The notes under the pieces are model-generated. The model ran no database searches. It was not told the DNA's origin and was given only the letters and a program-made list of their open reading frames with translations. Both the position numbers and the translations under genes were made by a program. Shown one piece after another: positions 20,970 through 31,875 of a DNA stretch of 64,000 bases; within the stretch, counting starts at the first letter, position 1; every line of letters begins with the position of its first letter. This stretch comes from Alphaproteobacteria bacterium (lineage in GTDB: Bacteria > Pseudomonadota > Alphaproteobacteria > GCA-2731375): the NCBI GenBank assembly GCA_965225945.1, contig CBDDBZ010000036.1, positions 256,001 through 320,000 on the forward strand, given 5' to 3'.

Positions 20970-22658
20970 TTACCGTCGCTTCGCCTCGATCCGCGCCCAG
21001 GTGTCGCGGAGACCGACCGTGCGGTTGAAGATGGGGCGCCCGGGCCTCGAATCCGGATCGAGGCGGAAGTAGCCCAGCCGCTCGAACTGCACCCGGTCCT
21101 CGGGCCCGGTCTCCCCGAGCGCCGGCTCCAGCCGACAGTCCCTCAGCACGTCCAGCGAATTCGGCGCGAAGTCGAGGGCGAGTTCGGCCTCGGCCCCCGG
21201 CGCTGGCCCAGCGAAGAGGTGATCGTAAAGCCGGACCTCGCCCGCCACGGCGTGGGCCGCCGAGACCCAATGGAGCGTCCCCTTGACCTTGCGCCCGTCG
21301 CCTGAGCCGCCGCCCCGGGTCGCCGGATCGTAGCTGCATTTCAGCGCCACGACCTCGCCTGAAGCATCCTTCACCACCTCCCGGCAGGTGACGAAATAGG
21401 CATGGCGCAGCCGCACCTCGCGGCCGGGCGAGAGGCGGAAGAATTTCCGCGGCGGGTGTTCCAGAAAATCGTCGCGCTCGACGTAGAGTTCGCGGGAGAA
21501 GGGGATCAGGCGGCTTCCGGCCGCCGGGTCGCCTGGCATGTTGGCGGCGTCGAGCAGCTCGCCCTCGCCCTCCGGATAGTTCTCGATGATCACCTTCAAG
21601 GGCCTGAGCACCGCCATCCGGCGCATCGCCGTCCGGTTGAGGCATTCGCGCACGCAGGCCTCGAACATCGCGATCTCGATCGCGCCGACGTTCTTGGTGA
21701 CGGCGAGGCGGGAGATGAAGTCGCGGATCGCCTCCGCCGGCACGCCGCGCCGGCGCAGGCCACGCAGCGTCGGTAGCCGAGGATCGTCCCAGCCGGCGAC
21801 CCGGCCGTCGCGCACCAGCTCGATCAGGCGGCGCTTGGACAGCACCGTGTGGGTCAATTCGAGGCGAGCGAACTCGTATTGCCTGGGCACGGAGGGGACC
21901 GGCAAATTCTCGATCAGCCAGTCGTAGAGCGGCCGGTGATCGGCAAATTCCAGGGTGCAGATCGAATGCGTCACGCCCTCGATCGCGTCCGACTGGCCGT
22001 GCGCGAAATCGTAGGTCGGATAGATGCACCACGCGGTGCCGGTGCGCGGGTGGGCTGTGTGCAGGATCCGATAGAGCACGGGATCGCGCAGGTTGAAGTT
22101 GCCCGACGCCATGTCGATCCGGGCGCGGAGCACCCGGGCGCCCGCCTCGAACTCGCCCGCGCGCATGCGGCGGAAGAGCTCCAGGCTCTCCTCGGGGATG
22201 CGCTCGCGGAAAGGGCTCGCCCGCCCGGGCTCCCTCGGCGTTCCGCGATAGTCGCGGATTTCGTCCGCCGAGAGATCGTCGACATAGGCCTTGGCCGTTC
22301 GGATCAGGTGCTCGGCCCAATCATAGAGCTGCTCGAAATAGTCCGAGGCATAGCGCGGCGCCCCCGGCCAGGCGAAGCCGAGCCAAGCCACGTCCTCCTG
22401 GATCGCGTCGATATAGGTCTGCTCTTCCTTGGCCGGGTTGGTGTCGTCGAAGCGGAGCTTGCAGTGGCCGCCGAATTCCTCCGCCAGGCCGAAATTGAGG
22501 CAGATCGACATCGCGTGGCCGATGTGGAGGAAGCCGTTCGGCTCCGGCGGGAAGCGGGTGACCACCTCTTTCTGGCGGCCGGTGGCGAGGTCGTCGCGCA
22601 CAATATCGCGGATGAAGTCGCTTGGGCCGACCGTTTGCTGGCTCTCCGTCTCGCTCAT
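20970..22658 (-). CDS. glnS: Glutaminyl-tRNA synthetase
   Basis: [15 protein letters not shown] (HIGH), [38 protein letters not shown]. Confidence 0.96.
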   Translation of the reverse strand: MSETESQQTVGPSDFIRDIVRDDLATGRQKEVVTRFPPEPNGFLHIGHAMSICLNFGLAEEFGGHCKLRFDDTNPAKEEQTYIDAIQEDVAWLGFAWPGAPRYASDYFEQLYDWAEHLIRTAKAYVDDLSADEIRDYRGTPREPGRASPFRERIPEESLELFRRMRAGEFEAGARVLRARIDMASGNFNLRDPVLYRILHTAHPRTGTAWCIYPTYDFAHGQSDAIEGVTHSICTLEFADHRPLYDWLIENLPVPSVPRQYEFARLELTHTVLSKRRLIELVRDGRVAGWDDPRLPTLRGLRRRGVPAEAIRDFISRLAVTKNVGAIEIAMFEACVRECLNRTAMRRMAVLRPLKVIIENYPEGEGELLDAANMPGDPAAGSRLIPFSRELYVERDDFLEHPPRKFFRLSPGREVRLRHAYFVTCREVVKDASGEVVALKCSYDPATRGGGSGDGRKVKGTLHWVSAAHAVAGEVRLYDHLFAGPAPGAEAELALDFAPNSLDVLRDCRLEPALGETGPEDRVQFERLGYFRLDPDSRPGRPIFNRTVGLRDTWARIEAKRR

Positions 22659-22697
22659 TTTTGGTCCGCTTCGCGCCTCTCGGGCCCGCCTCATGCC

Positions 22698-23639
22698 TCA
22701 GAGGTAGTGCGACTGCAATCCCTTGACGATCGACACCAGGACCGAATTGATCGGTGTCGGCACGCCGTATTCCCGGCCCATGCGCACGATCGCGCCATTG
22801 ATGTGGTCGACCTCGGTCGGGCGTCGGTGCACCAGGTCGGCGCGGAGGCTGGATTTCGCGGCCCCCGTGCCGCCCTCGCCGGTGATCTTGGCCAGCGTCT
22901 CGCGGGTCTCGTTCACATCGAGATCGAAGCCCGCCGCGCGGGCCACCGCGGCCGCCTCATCGAGCGCCCCGAAGCAGGTCTCGGCCAACTCCGGGATCGC
23001 CATGACCTGGTGGGCGTTGAGGTCGGTGGCGCCCGAGCTGCAGCTCAGCCAGACGTTGGCCAGCAGCTTCTTCCACATCTCGCGGCGGATGTCGGCGCTC
23101 GCGGTGGTCTTCAGGCCGGCGGCCGTGAAGGCCTCGGCGATTGCCACCGCGCGATTCGATTGGCCGCCGTCGAGCTCGCCGAGGTAAGTGGGCAGGTCGC
23201 CGAAGTTGCGGATCACGCCGGGCGCCTCCATCGTCGCGCCCTGGGCCGTCAGCCCGCCCAGCACGTTCTCGATGCCGATCACCTCGCCGATGATCTCCTC
23301 GTTGCCGAGACCGTTCTGGAAGCTGACGGCGAGGGTGCCGGGGCCGAAGACGCTTCGCGCGCGTTCCACCGCGGCCCGCGTCGCCGGCGCCTTGCATTGC
23401 ACCACCACGACGTCGGCCACGCCGGCCTCGCCCGGATCACTGGTCGCGTGAACCGGGATCGCGCGATCGCCGCCGACGCCGCGCAGACGAAGCCCGTCGC
23501 GAGCGATCCTGGCGACGTGGTCCTCGTCGATGTCGACAAGCGTGACGTCCAGCCCGCCCTCGGCCAGCATGGCGCCTATCAGGCCACCCATCGCGCCGGC
23601 GCCGACGACCACGATGCGGGGCTTGTCGTAGTTTGCCAT
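22698..23639 (-). CDS. panE: Ketopantoate reductase family protein
   Basis: VVGAGAMG, SFQNGLG, WKKLLAN, SSLRADL, TEVDHING. Confidence 0.88.
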   Translation of the reverse strand: MANYDKPRIVVVGAGAMGGLIGAMLAEGGLDVTLVDIDEDHVARIARDGLRLRGVGGDRAIPVHATSDPGEAGVADVVVVQCKAPATRAAVERARSVFGPGTLAVSFQNGLGNEEIIGEVIGIENVLGGLTAQGATMEAPGVIRNFGDLPTYLGELDGGQSNRAVAIAEAFTAAGLKTTASADIRREMWKKLLANVWLSCSSGATDLNAHQVMAIPELAETCFGALDEAAAVARAAGFDLDVNETRETLAKITGEGGTGAAKSSLRADLVHRRPTEVDHINGAIVRMGREYGVPTPINSVLVSIVKGLQSHYL

Positions 23640-23897
23640 TCCTGGATCCATCCTTGATTTCGCGTCTCGGTCGGATCCATCGTGACCATTCGGCGCCGCG
23701 ATGTCGAGGTAGACAGGTAGACAGGTAGACATCCCCCCCGATCTCAGTCATGCTTCTGTCGCGAAATGCAATAATGTCAGTTTTTGGGGCGAAGTCGCGT
23801 GAAACGCATAAAACCGCGAGGCGGTTGGCGAATCGCGCTTTCCCCTTTTATTTTGGCGGTGTTGGTGCGTTATTAGTTACTAACGGAACCCAGGGCA

Positions 23898-24632
23898 ATG
23901 CTTACAGTCAGTGGATTGCATGCGGGATACGGTAAAATTCAGATTCTCTCAGGAGTGAATCTGAAAGCAGATCCGGGCAAAATCACCGCTGTCCTCGGCG
24001 GGAACGGCACCGGAAAATCAACCCTCCTCAAAGCCATTTCGGGGCTAATCACTCCCTGGCGGGGAACCATTGAATTCAACGGTGAGCGGATCGACGGCAT
24101 GCGCCCGGACAAGATCGTCCGGCTTGGTCTGTCACAGGTGACCCAGGGCAAGGAAGTCTATCCCGCCATGTCGGTGGAGGAGAATATTCGGGTCGGGGCC
24201 TACGTCCGGAGTAACAGGCGGGAGATCGCGGACGATTTCGAACGTGTCTATAGCTACTTCCCGATACTCAAGGCCCACCGTAAGGTGCATGCCGGCACGT
24301 TGAGCGGCGGTCAACTCCAGATGCTGTGCATTGGGCGTGGGCTGATGGCCCGCCCAAAGATGATCATGCTGGATGAGCCCAGTTCCGCCCTTGCGCCCCA
24401 GGTGGTGCTGGAAATTTTCCACAGCGTCGATCAAATCCGGCGCGACGGCACAACGGTGTTGCTGGTGGAGCAGAACGTGCGCATGGCCCTGCTCCTCGCC
24501 CATTTTGGCTACGTGATCAAGGACGGAGTGGTCCATATGCAAGGCGAAGCCGACGCTCTCATAAAGGACGACAATGTGCGCCTGTCCTACCTCGGGGGTA
24601 CTTTGGCGAAGGCGGAGGGATCAACGCTGTAG
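23898..24632 (+). CDS. livF: Branched-chain amino acid-type ABC transporter ATPase
   Basis: GGNGTGKST, LSGGQ, MLDEPS, LLVEQN. Confidence 0.9.
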   Translation: MLTVSGLHAGYGKIQILSGVNLKADPGKITAVLGGNGTGKSTLLKAISGLITPWRGTIEFNGERIDGMRPDKIVRLGLSQVTQGKEVYPAMSVEENIRVGAYVRSNRREIADDFERVYSYFPILKAHRKVHAGTLSGGQLQMLCIGRGLMARPKMIMLDEPSSALAPQVVLEIFHSVDQIRRDGTTVLLVEQNVRMALLLAHFGYVIKDGVVHMQGEADALIKDDNVRLSYLGGTLAKAEGSTL

Positions 24633-24665
24633 AGGGTCGCCCGATCCAGTAGGGGGGATAACGCG

Positions 24666-25550
24666 ATGTTTATCGATTTCATACTCATTGGCCTATCCAT
24701 CGGCATGGTATACGCGCTGGTGGCGTTAGGCATCTCGCTGGTCTATTCCGGCCTCGACATCGTGCATTTCGCACATGGTGAAATGTATATGTTAGGTGCC
24801 TTCGTCGGGCTGTTCGCTTACAGCGAGCTGAATTTGGCCTACCCATTCGCTTTTATCTTTGCCCTCGTAGGCGTGGGTCTGTTTGGCATGGTGATCGAGC
24901 GTGTGTTCTACCGGCGCCTCACGGCTGGCGGCGGTGGCTATACGGTGGCTGGCATGGGCATCATCATCTGCGGATTCGGAATGGCGATATTCCTCCAGAA
25001 TCTGGCTTACGTCATCTGGGATCCCACACCTAAGCCATTCCCGGTCGATTTCGGCAAGCCCATCGTGCTCGGCGAAATCTACTATCCACGGGTTTACATG
25101 TGGATCGTGATCATCGCCGTATCGCTGATGGTGCTACTGCACGTGTTCATGAAGTACACCAAGCTCGGGCTCGCGGTGCGGGCGGTGGCCAGGAACAAGG
25201 AGATTGCCTATCTTTCGGGGATCAACGTACCCCTTGCGCTCAGCCTCACCTTCGGCGTCGGCTGCGCGCTGGCCGCCGCCGGCGGCGTGCTGATCGGTCC
25301 GATCAACTACGTCGAGATCTACATGGGCTACCTGATCCTGATCAAAGGGTTTGCAGCCGCGGTCGTGGGTGGCTTCGGCAACCTCCCCGGCGCGGTGCTC
25401 GGCGGGCTCATCGTGGGGGTGGCGGAGAGCCTGGGTGCCGGATATCTCTCGGGCGACTATAAGGATATCTACGCCTTCCTGATTCTGATTTTGGTGCTGA
25501 TGATTAAGCCGAGCGGGTTGTTCGGGGTAGAAACCAAGGTTAAGGCGTAG
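24666..25550 (+). CDS. livH: Branched-chain amino acid-type ABC permease
   Basis: YALVALGISLVY...FAHGE, GGFGNLPGA. Confidence 0.9.
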   Translation: MFIDFILIGLSIGMVYALVALGISLVYSGLDIVHFAHGEMYMLGAFVGLFAYSELNLAYPFAFIFALVGVGLFGMVIERVFYRRLTAGGGGYTVAGMGIIICGFGMAIFLQNLAYVIWDPTPKPFPVDFGKPIVLGEIYYPRVYMWIVIIAVSLMVLLHVFMKYTKLGLAVRAVARNKEIAYLSGINVPLALSLTFGVGCALAAAGGVLIGPINYVEIYMGYLILIKGFAAAVVGGFGNLPGAVLGGLIVGVAESLGAGYLSGDYKDIYAFLILILVLMIKPSGLFGVETKVKA

Positions 25551-25685
25551 AGAAACTCTGCTTGAAAAGCAGCAACCTATAGCAGCGGATAAATTTGGAG
25601 CAGGGGATAGAAAACCCCAAAGGGGAAGTAAAGAAAGAAACGGAGTAACCTAACTTGAACGGCAAAACCGATAGGAGAGAATGCC

Positions 25686-26891
25686 ATGAAAACGACAGCA
25701 GCAAAAATTGTGGCGGCGGCAGCAATAGTATTTACAGCCATGCTGGTCGAGCCCATCACCGTGGCCGCGGACACCGGGGTTCTAAAGCTTGGCCTCACTT
25801 TTTGGTTTCGCGGCGAGTACGGATACAAGAACTGGAAGACGATCGAGGCCCGTTTCGAGGAGATCAACGCCGCAGGCGGCATCAATGGGCGAAAGGTGGA
25901 AATCACGGCTTACGATAGTGAATGCAAACCAAACGTGGGCGTCGATAACATCACCAAGCTGGCCCACGAAACCAAGGTTCTCCTGATCATGGGCGCGGGT
26001 TGTAGCGCCGTGACGTTGGCCACCATGCCCATTTCCACCAAGGCGAAAGTGCCGCAGATCACGCCAATGTCCACCAACCGCAAGATCACCGAGCAGGGCA
26101 GCGATTGGATCTTTCGGATCTCGGTGTCGGATCGGTTCTACTCGCAGGCGATGGGCGAGTATATCTACCAAAAACTCGGCAAGAGGGTAGCCTATGTCTA
26201 TGCCACCGACGCCGCCGGCTTTGGCTTCACCAAAGGGGTCATGAGTTATCTGAAGGAGACCTACGGTTTGGAGCCGACGGTGGACGAGGTCTTTCAGGAA
26301 AAGTCCGTTGACGTGCGTCCCCAACTGCTCAAGGCCAAGGCGTCCAAGCCCGATGTCCTCTTGATCTCCGGCCTGATGGGCGAGTTGGCCCGTGGTATCA
26401 AGCAGTCCTTCGAGGTGGGCATTCCCAGGTCGATCACCCGCGTGCACACCTCCGCCGCCTCGGTATCCGAGGTCCCTGCTCTCACCGGCGACGATATCGT
26501 GGGCAGCATCTACGTGGCGGCCTTCAGCGCTTCCAATCCGGACCCCAAAATTCAGAAATTCGTAAAATGGGTCAAGGACAAATTCGGGGTCGTTCCGGAC
26601 CACAACTACGCTCAGTCCGACGACATGGTAGAGATCATCAGGGTCGCGCTCACCAAGGCCGACATCAAAAATACGCCGGAATCGTTGGCCGCGGACCGGG
26701 CCGCGATCCGTGACGCCTTGGCCGAGACGAATAATTTCCGTGGTGTGGGTTCTGGGCCGATCTCCTTTTGCCGGGCGCCCACGGCGGATTGCCGCGATGG
26801 CAACCGGACGGCGCTGGTGCTGCAATACACCAAGGGCGGAAAGGACTACGAAATCAAGATGCTCCAATCCATAGCGGTGCCTCGGAAATAA
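25686..26891 (+). CDS. LivJ/K-like periplasmic substrate-binding protein
   Basis: Signal peptide; EINAAGGINGRKVE; WIFRIS. Confidence 0.9.
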   Translation: MKTTAAKIVAAAAIVFTAMLVEPITVAADTGVLKLGLTFWFRGEYGYKNWKTIEARFEEINAAGGINGRKVEITAYDSECKPNVGVDNITKLAHETKVLLIMGAGCSAVTLATMPISTKAKVPQITPMSTNRKITEQGSDWIFRISVSDRFYSQAMGEYIYQKLGKRVAYVYATDAAGFGFTKGVMSYLKETYGLEPTVDEVFQEKSVDVRPQLLKAKASKPDVLLISGLMGELARGIKQSFEVGIPRSITRVHTSAASVSEVPALTGDDIVGSIYVAAFSASNPDPKIQKFVKWVKDKFGVVPDHNYAQSDDMVEIIRVALTKADIKNTPESLAADRAAIRDALAETNNFRGVGSGPISFCRAPTADCRDGNRTALVLQYTKGGKDYEIKMLQSIAVPRK

Positions 26892-26912
26892 CGGTACTGC
26901 GTCGACGACTAC

Positions 26913-26950
26913 CCCGAAGCCCGAGCCGCCGCGGCGGCTCGGGCTTCGGG
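26913..26950. terminator. Perfect 38-bp palindrome between the binding-protein gene and livM (terminator or mRNA-stabilising hairpin)
   Basis: cccgaagcccgagccgccg|cggcggctcgggcttcggg. Confidence 0.65.
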
Positions 26951-26992
26951 TCTTCGAACGCCAAATCGGCTCTTCCTAAAGGGTAAGCGATT

Positions 26993-28012
26993 GTGAATGG
27001 AATTCTTGCTGGGGTAACGGGGTCGCTGCGGCGATTTCACGGGAGTTTTCCCCCTGGGCCGTGGCTGGTTGCTTTCGTGGTGCTATTGCCGGTGCCCCTT
27101 CTGGCCGCCAACCTCTATCAGGTCCATCTGGTCAATATCATATTTCTAAACATTATCGTGGCGACCGGTCTCAATATCGTGAAAGGGTTTTGCGGCCAGG
27201 TCACGGTCGGCCACTTTGGACTGTACGCGATCGGAGCCTACGCCTCGGCGCTGGTGAGCATCCACCTCGGAGTCTCTTTCTGGGTCGCGCTGCCGTTGGC
27301 GGTCCTGATTACCGGCGTGGCTGGTGCCATCGTTGCGCTGCCTTCGTTCCGCCTCGAGGGGGCTTATCTGGCGCTGGCGACCTTGGGGATGGGAGAATCG
27401 GTACGTATCTACATCTCCGCCACCGAGTTCTTGGGACAGACTTTCGGTATCTCCAACATTCCCTATCCGCAGATTGGGGACTTCTTGTTCGACACTCCCG
27501 CCCGAATTTTCTACATCATCATGCCAATCTCGCTGATTGGAATCTACTTATCAATGAATATCCTGCGCTCGGGTGTGGGGCGGGCCTTCAAGGCGGTGCG
27601 GGACGACCCGATCTCGGCCGCCACATCGGGTGTGGCCGTGCGAAAATACAAACTGATCGCATTCGTCATCAGTGCTTTTTACGCCGGCTGCGCGGGAAGC
27701 CTGTATGCCCATTTGGTTACTTATATCCATCCGGACAACTTCACCATCCTTATCATGATCATGTTTCTTCTCATGGTGGTGCTGGGCGGCCTGGGGCACA
27801 TCTGGGGTGGCGTCATCGGGGCGGTTCTCGTCACGATGATCTATGAATGGACCCGGCCCTTTCCCGAATATCAGATGTTGGTGTTCGGTATGTCGGCGGT
27901 GCTTATCGTCATTTACATGCCGAAGGGAATAGGGGGGCTACTCGACCGGTTCTTCGCTACCAGAAAATTCATCGAAATCACGGCAGGTAAAGCCGATGCT
28001 TCTTCAGACTGA
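26993..28012 (+). CDS. livM: Branched-chain amino acid-type ABC permease
   Basis: [31 protein letters not shown]. Confidence 0.9.
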   Translation: MNGILAGVTGSLRRFHGSFPPGPWLVAFVVLLPVPLLAANLYQVHLVNIIFLNIIVATGLNIVKGFCGQVTVGHFGLYAIGAYASALVSIHLGVSFWVALPLAVLITGVAGAIVALPSFRLEGAYLALATLGMGESVRIYISATEFLGQTFGISNIPYPQIGDFLFDTPARIFYIIMPISLIGIYLSMNILRSGVGRAFKAVRDDPISAATSGVAVRKYKLIAFVISAFYAGCAGSLYAHLVTYIHPDNFTILIMIMFLLMVVLGGLGHIWGGVIGAVLVTMIYEWTRPFPEYQMLVFGMSAVLIVIYMPKGIGGLLDRFFATRKFIEITAGKADASSD

Positions 28013-28796
28013 GAACCTAACGAAAAGTTTCGGAGGTCTGACCGCGATCTCGAAATTGGATTTTGCGGTCGCCGAGGGTGAAATCCGTGGTTTGATTGGT
28101 CCCAATGGCTCTGGCAAGAGTACGCTGTTCAACCTAATTTCGGGTATCTACCGACCGGACAAGAATGGTGGTCGGATGGAATTCGATGGCGAGGACATTA
28201 CCCAGATGAGCCCCCACAACATCGCTGCGAGAGGGGTGGGTCGAACCTTCCAGCTATTGCGTATCTTTCACGAGATGTCGGTGTTGGAGAACCTGCTGGT
28301 GGGACACCACCCTCATGTGAAGTACAGCATCATGGCCGCCACCTTGGGCCTTGGCCGGGTGTGGGCCGCGGAACGGCGAATGAAGGAACGCATGCTCGAA
28401 ATCCTGGACTTTGTCGGCTTGGCGGACTTCGCGGGCATGCCCGCCACCGAACTTTCATTCGGGCAGCGTCGCATGGTCGCGCTGGCGAGAGCGGTTGCGA
28501 TGGAGCCCAAGCTGTTGATGCTCGACGAGCCCGCCGCGGGTCTCAGCCCAGCCAATGTGGACGAATTGCAAACTATTATCGGGTTGCTGAGAGAAAAACG
28601 AGGGCTGACGATCATCGTTATAGAGCACATCCTCAAAGTGGTCATCGAAACCTGCGACACGGTTACGGTACTCGATCACGGTGAGAAAATTGGCGAAGGT
28701 ACTCCCGATGAGATCAGCAATGACGAGCGGGTGGTCGAGGCCTATCTGGGCAAGGAAATGGACGACGACGAGGTGCGAGCGTCGTTTAGAGCGTAG
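27996..28796 (+). CDS. livG: Branched-chain amino acid-type ABC transporter ATPase
   Basis: [28 protein letters not shown]. Confidence 0.92.
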   Translation: MLLQTENLTKSFGGLTAISKLDFAVAEGEIRGLIGPNGSGKSTLFNLISGIYRPDKNGGRMEFDGEDITQMSPHNIAARGVGRTFQLLRIFHEMSVLENLLVGHHPHVKYSIMAATLGLGRVWAAERRMKERMLEILDFVGLADFAGMPATELSFGQRRMVALARAVAMEPKLLMLDEPAAGLSPANVDELQTIIGLLREKRGLTIIVIEHILKVVIETCDTVTVLDHGEKIGEGTPDEISNDERVVEAYLGKEMDDDEVRASFRA

Positions 28797-28902
28797 CCCA
28801 TGCCCCGAGGGCCCAACACTCTAGCCCGCGGACAAACCGCCGCATCCGCTCGAGGCCTCTAAGCGACCCGGTATTCGTTGCGATGAAGGATCGCCCCGTA
28901 AT

Positions 28903-29337
28903 TCACTCGGCCGCGTCCTGATTCTGCTTCAGACGCTCGGTCTCGTGGACCGCGGGGGAGTAGATCTCCAGCACTTCCAGGTCGTCGGAGCACTCGATCT
29001 CGTCGTGAATGATCCCGGCTGGCTGCAGCCACGAATCGCCCGCTTTGAAGGTGAACTCACCCTCCTGGCCTTCATAGACAAACTTGATCCAGCCCTTCAA
29101 ACAATAGTTGAACTGGAAATCACAATGGTGCCTATGCAGGCCAGTGGTATGATGCTTATCAAACTCCTCTTTTTTTATCTTGACGACATGAGCGCGAAAC
29201 TGGCCACCCGTCGCCTCTTCTATGCCGAGGTCACGGTACTGGGCGAAGCCACGTAACCCAGTGGTAAACTCCGCCTGGTCGGCGTAGTTGACGCAAAACG
29301 ACTGACTGTTCCAAGATTCTAGCCTGTTCTCACTCAT
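28903..29337 (-). CDS. Cupin domain protein
   Basis: HRHHCDFQFNYCLKGW, GDSWLQPAGIIHDE. Confidence 0.85.
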   Translation of the reverse strand: MSENRLESWNSQSFCVNYADQAEFTTGLRGFAQYRDLGIEEATGGQFRAHVVKIKKEEFDKHHTTGLHRHHCDFQFNYCLKGWIKFVYEGQEGEFTFKAGDSWLQPAGIIHDEIECSDDLEVLEIYSPAVHETERLKQNQDAAE

Positions 29338-29531
29338 AGCTTGGTCTCCCGTGGTTAAGGTCGTCACCCATTATGGCCAACTGGAACGCTGGATGCAAGA
29401 GCCCGGTTACGCCGAGGAGATTACGTGATGGCAGGTCCCGCTTTTCAGGCGGTCCAGATCCCGCACTCGCGCCCCCCGGCAAGACCAGGACTGGACGACC
29501 ACACGCTCGGGTTGCGCCCAGATTGGTCTTC

Positions 29532-30350
29532 TCATCGCCCCGAAGCTGTATGGGGATGTCCTGACATGGCCTCATCCAGTTTGTTGGACAGCCTCGGGCC
29601 ACCGTCTGCCTGGATGGTTGTCCCCGTGAGGATTCGTGCCTCGTCGGATGCCAAGAACAGTGCCACGTAGGCGATATCCTCCGGTTCACCGATAGCATAG
29701 GGGTACTGTTCGCGTAGGATTTTTATCGTCTCTATCTGGTCCGGGTCGCCGAGACGTTGCCTCGTTCGATCGGTGACGATCCCGCCTGGACAGATGGTAT
29801 TCACACGGACATTGTGCTTGGCGTACTCACCCGCCAAGGCTTGAGTCAACGCGATAATAGCGCCCTTGGCGGCTACGTAGACATGGGCTCTGAAGGAGCC
29901 ACTCGCGACGGCCACCATGGAGGACGTGTTCACAACCGCCCCGCCGCCGGCTTTGATGATTTCCGGGATGCCATGGCGGCAGCACAAAAATGTCCCGAGT
30001 AGGTCCAAGGACTGAGTATACGGCCAAACCGACATATCGACGTCGGTCACTGTCGTGTCTTCTACTATCGAACCTCCCGCGGAATTGTAGAGAATATCGA
30101 GCTTACCGTAGCGCTCGACCGTCGCTTGGATGGCATTCTTGACGCTATCCTCCTTGGTCACATCGGTTTGGATAAAGCTCGCATCACCGCCAGCCTCGCG
30201 TGTCAATCGTTCGCTCTCCTGCCCCAGGTCCTGGTTGATCTCGGCGATGACGACCTTTGCACCCTCCCGAGCAAAGATCTGAGTCGCGGTGCGAGCGATG
30301 CCAGAGCCCGCACCAGTAATGAACGCTACCTTATTTTCTAGTCTTGCCAT
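29532..30350 (-). CDS. Short-chain dehydrogenase/reductase (SDR)
   Basis: ITGAGSGIA, YVAAKG, NVRVNTICPG. Confidence 0.9.
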   Translation of the reverse strand: MARLENKVAFITGAGSGIARTATQIFAREGAKVVIAEINQDLGQESERLTREAGGDASFIQTDVTKEDSVKNAIQATVERYGKLDILYNSAGGSIVEDTTVTDVDMSVWPYTQSLDLLGTFLCCRHGIPEIIKAGGGAVVNTSSMVAVASGSFRAHVYVAAKGAIIALTQALAGEYAKHNVRVNTICPGGIVTDRTRQRLGDPDQIETIKILREQYPYAIGEPEDIAYVALFLASDEARILTGTTIQADGGPRLSNKLDEAMSGHPHTASGR

Positions 30351-30527
30351 CTTCGTCTCCATCTATTCACACCTAGCGAGTAGCCCTTACGATGTCCCTA
30401 GCCTAGCATGAACGCTCGACGGTGGTGCAAAAAGGCCAAGGCGATCCACGCCATCGCGAAGCGCGGAGACGCTCGCGCTCGGATACGGGCATGGCTGCCC
30501 GATTGGGGGTGGAAGTCCCCTGTGGGG

Positions 30528-30680
30528 GTTGTGGATACCTGCGACACGGTGTCGGTGTTGGACCACGGCGAGAAGATCGGCGAGGCTACGCCCGACGAGG
30601 TCGAGGACGACGCGGCGGTGATCGAGGCCTATCTCGGCCAGGAGATCGACGACGAGGAAGTCCGCCGGGCGATGCACGGC
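30528..30680 (+). pseudogene. Orphan 3' fragment of a second livG-like ATPase
   Basis: [48 protein letters not shown] aligns with the C-terminus of 27996-28796. Confidence 0.85.
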
Positions 30681-30714
30681 CGAGCCTGGCCGCTCGGCGG
30701 TGACGGAGGGACGA

Positions 30715-31875
30715 ATGCAACCGCTTCGCCTGGGCATGGTCGGCGGCGGACCGACATCGGGCATAGGGCCGATGCACCGCCATGGCGCGCGCCTCGACGG
30801 CGCCTTCGAGATCGTCGCCGGCGCCTTTTCGCGCCTGCCCGAGCGCAACCGCGAAACCGGCGTGGCCTTGGGCCTCGATCCGGCGCGCCTGCATGACGAT
30901 TTCCACGCCATGGCGCGGGCCGAGGCCGCGCGCGAGGACGGAATCGACGCGGTCACCATCGTCACCCCCAACGACAGCCATGCTGCCGCCTGCCACGCCT
31001 TCATCGAAGCCGGCATCCACGTCATCTGCGACAAGCCGCTCGCCACCTCCCTCGACGAGGCGCTCGCGATCTGGCGCGCGGGCGAGCGGCGGGGCCTCGT
31101 CGTCGCCTTGGTGCACAACTATGCCGCCTACTCCATGACCAGGCAGGCGCGGGCGCGGGTCCGCGACGGCGAGATCGGCCGCATTCGCGTGGTGCAGATG
31201 GAATACGCCTCCGGCGGGCGCAGTCGGCTGGTGGAGGCGGAGGGCGACTTCCGCACGGCGTGGCGAATGGATCCGGCGATCGCCGGACCGTCCTCGGTGC
31301 TGGGCGACCTCGGCATCCACGCCCACCATCTGGCCCGCTTCGTCACCGGCCTGGAGGTGGAGGCGGTGTCGGCCGACATCACCACCTTCGTCGAGGGCCG
31401 AACGGGGGACGACAACGCGCACGTCAACCTCCGTTTCACCGAGGGCGCGCGCGGCCAGCTTTGGGCCTCCGTCGTCGCCGCCGGCTTCGGAAACGGGCTC
31501 CGTCTTCGGGTGATCGGCGACGAGGGCAGCCTGGATTGGGACCAGGAGGCGCCCGACGTGCTCTGGCTTCGACGCATCGACGGACAGGCGCGCCAATTGC
31601 GGCGGGGGGAGGCGGGGCTCTCGGCCGTCGACCGCTCGCGACTCGGCCATCCCCAAGGCATCGTCGAGGCCTTCGCCAACTTCTACGCCGATGCCGCGAA
31701 GCTGATCCGCGCGGCGAAGGCGGGGGTCCGGCCGGGGACGGGCGAGATCGACATCGCGATGGCCCGCGACGGCGTCCTGGGCCTGAAGTTCATCGAGGCC
31801 TGCGTCGCCTCCAACGCGGCCGACGGCGCCTGGACCGATGCGCGGGTCGACTTCGACGAAGCGGGAGGCGAGTGA
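30715..31875 (+). CDS. Gfo/Idh/MocA family oxidoreductase
   Basis: LGMVGGG, ICDKP, GDLGIH. Confidence 0.92.
   Translation: MQPLRLGMVGGGPTSGIGPMHRHGARLDGAFEIVAGAFSRLPERNRETGVALGLDPARLHDDFHAMARAEAAREDGIDAVTIVTPNDSHAAACHAFIEAGIHVICDKPLATSLDEALAIWRAGERRGLVVALVHNYAAYSMTRQARARVRDGEIGRIRVVQMEYASGGRSRLVEAEGDFRTAWRMDPAIAGPSSVLGDLGIHAHHLARFVTGLEVEAVSADITTFVEGRTGDDNAHVNLRFTEGARGQLWASVVAAGFGNGLRLRVIGDEGSLDWDQEAPDVLWLRRIDGQARQLRRGEAGLSAVDRSRLGHPQGIVEAFANFYADAAKLIRAAKAGVRPGTGEIDIAMARDGVLGLKFIEACVASNAADGAWTDARVDFDEAGGE

Noticed and set aside
30408-30527. Possible IS3-type transposase C-terminal fragment (IHAIAKRGDARARIRAWL)
   Set aside because: Resemblance too weak and short to call without a search
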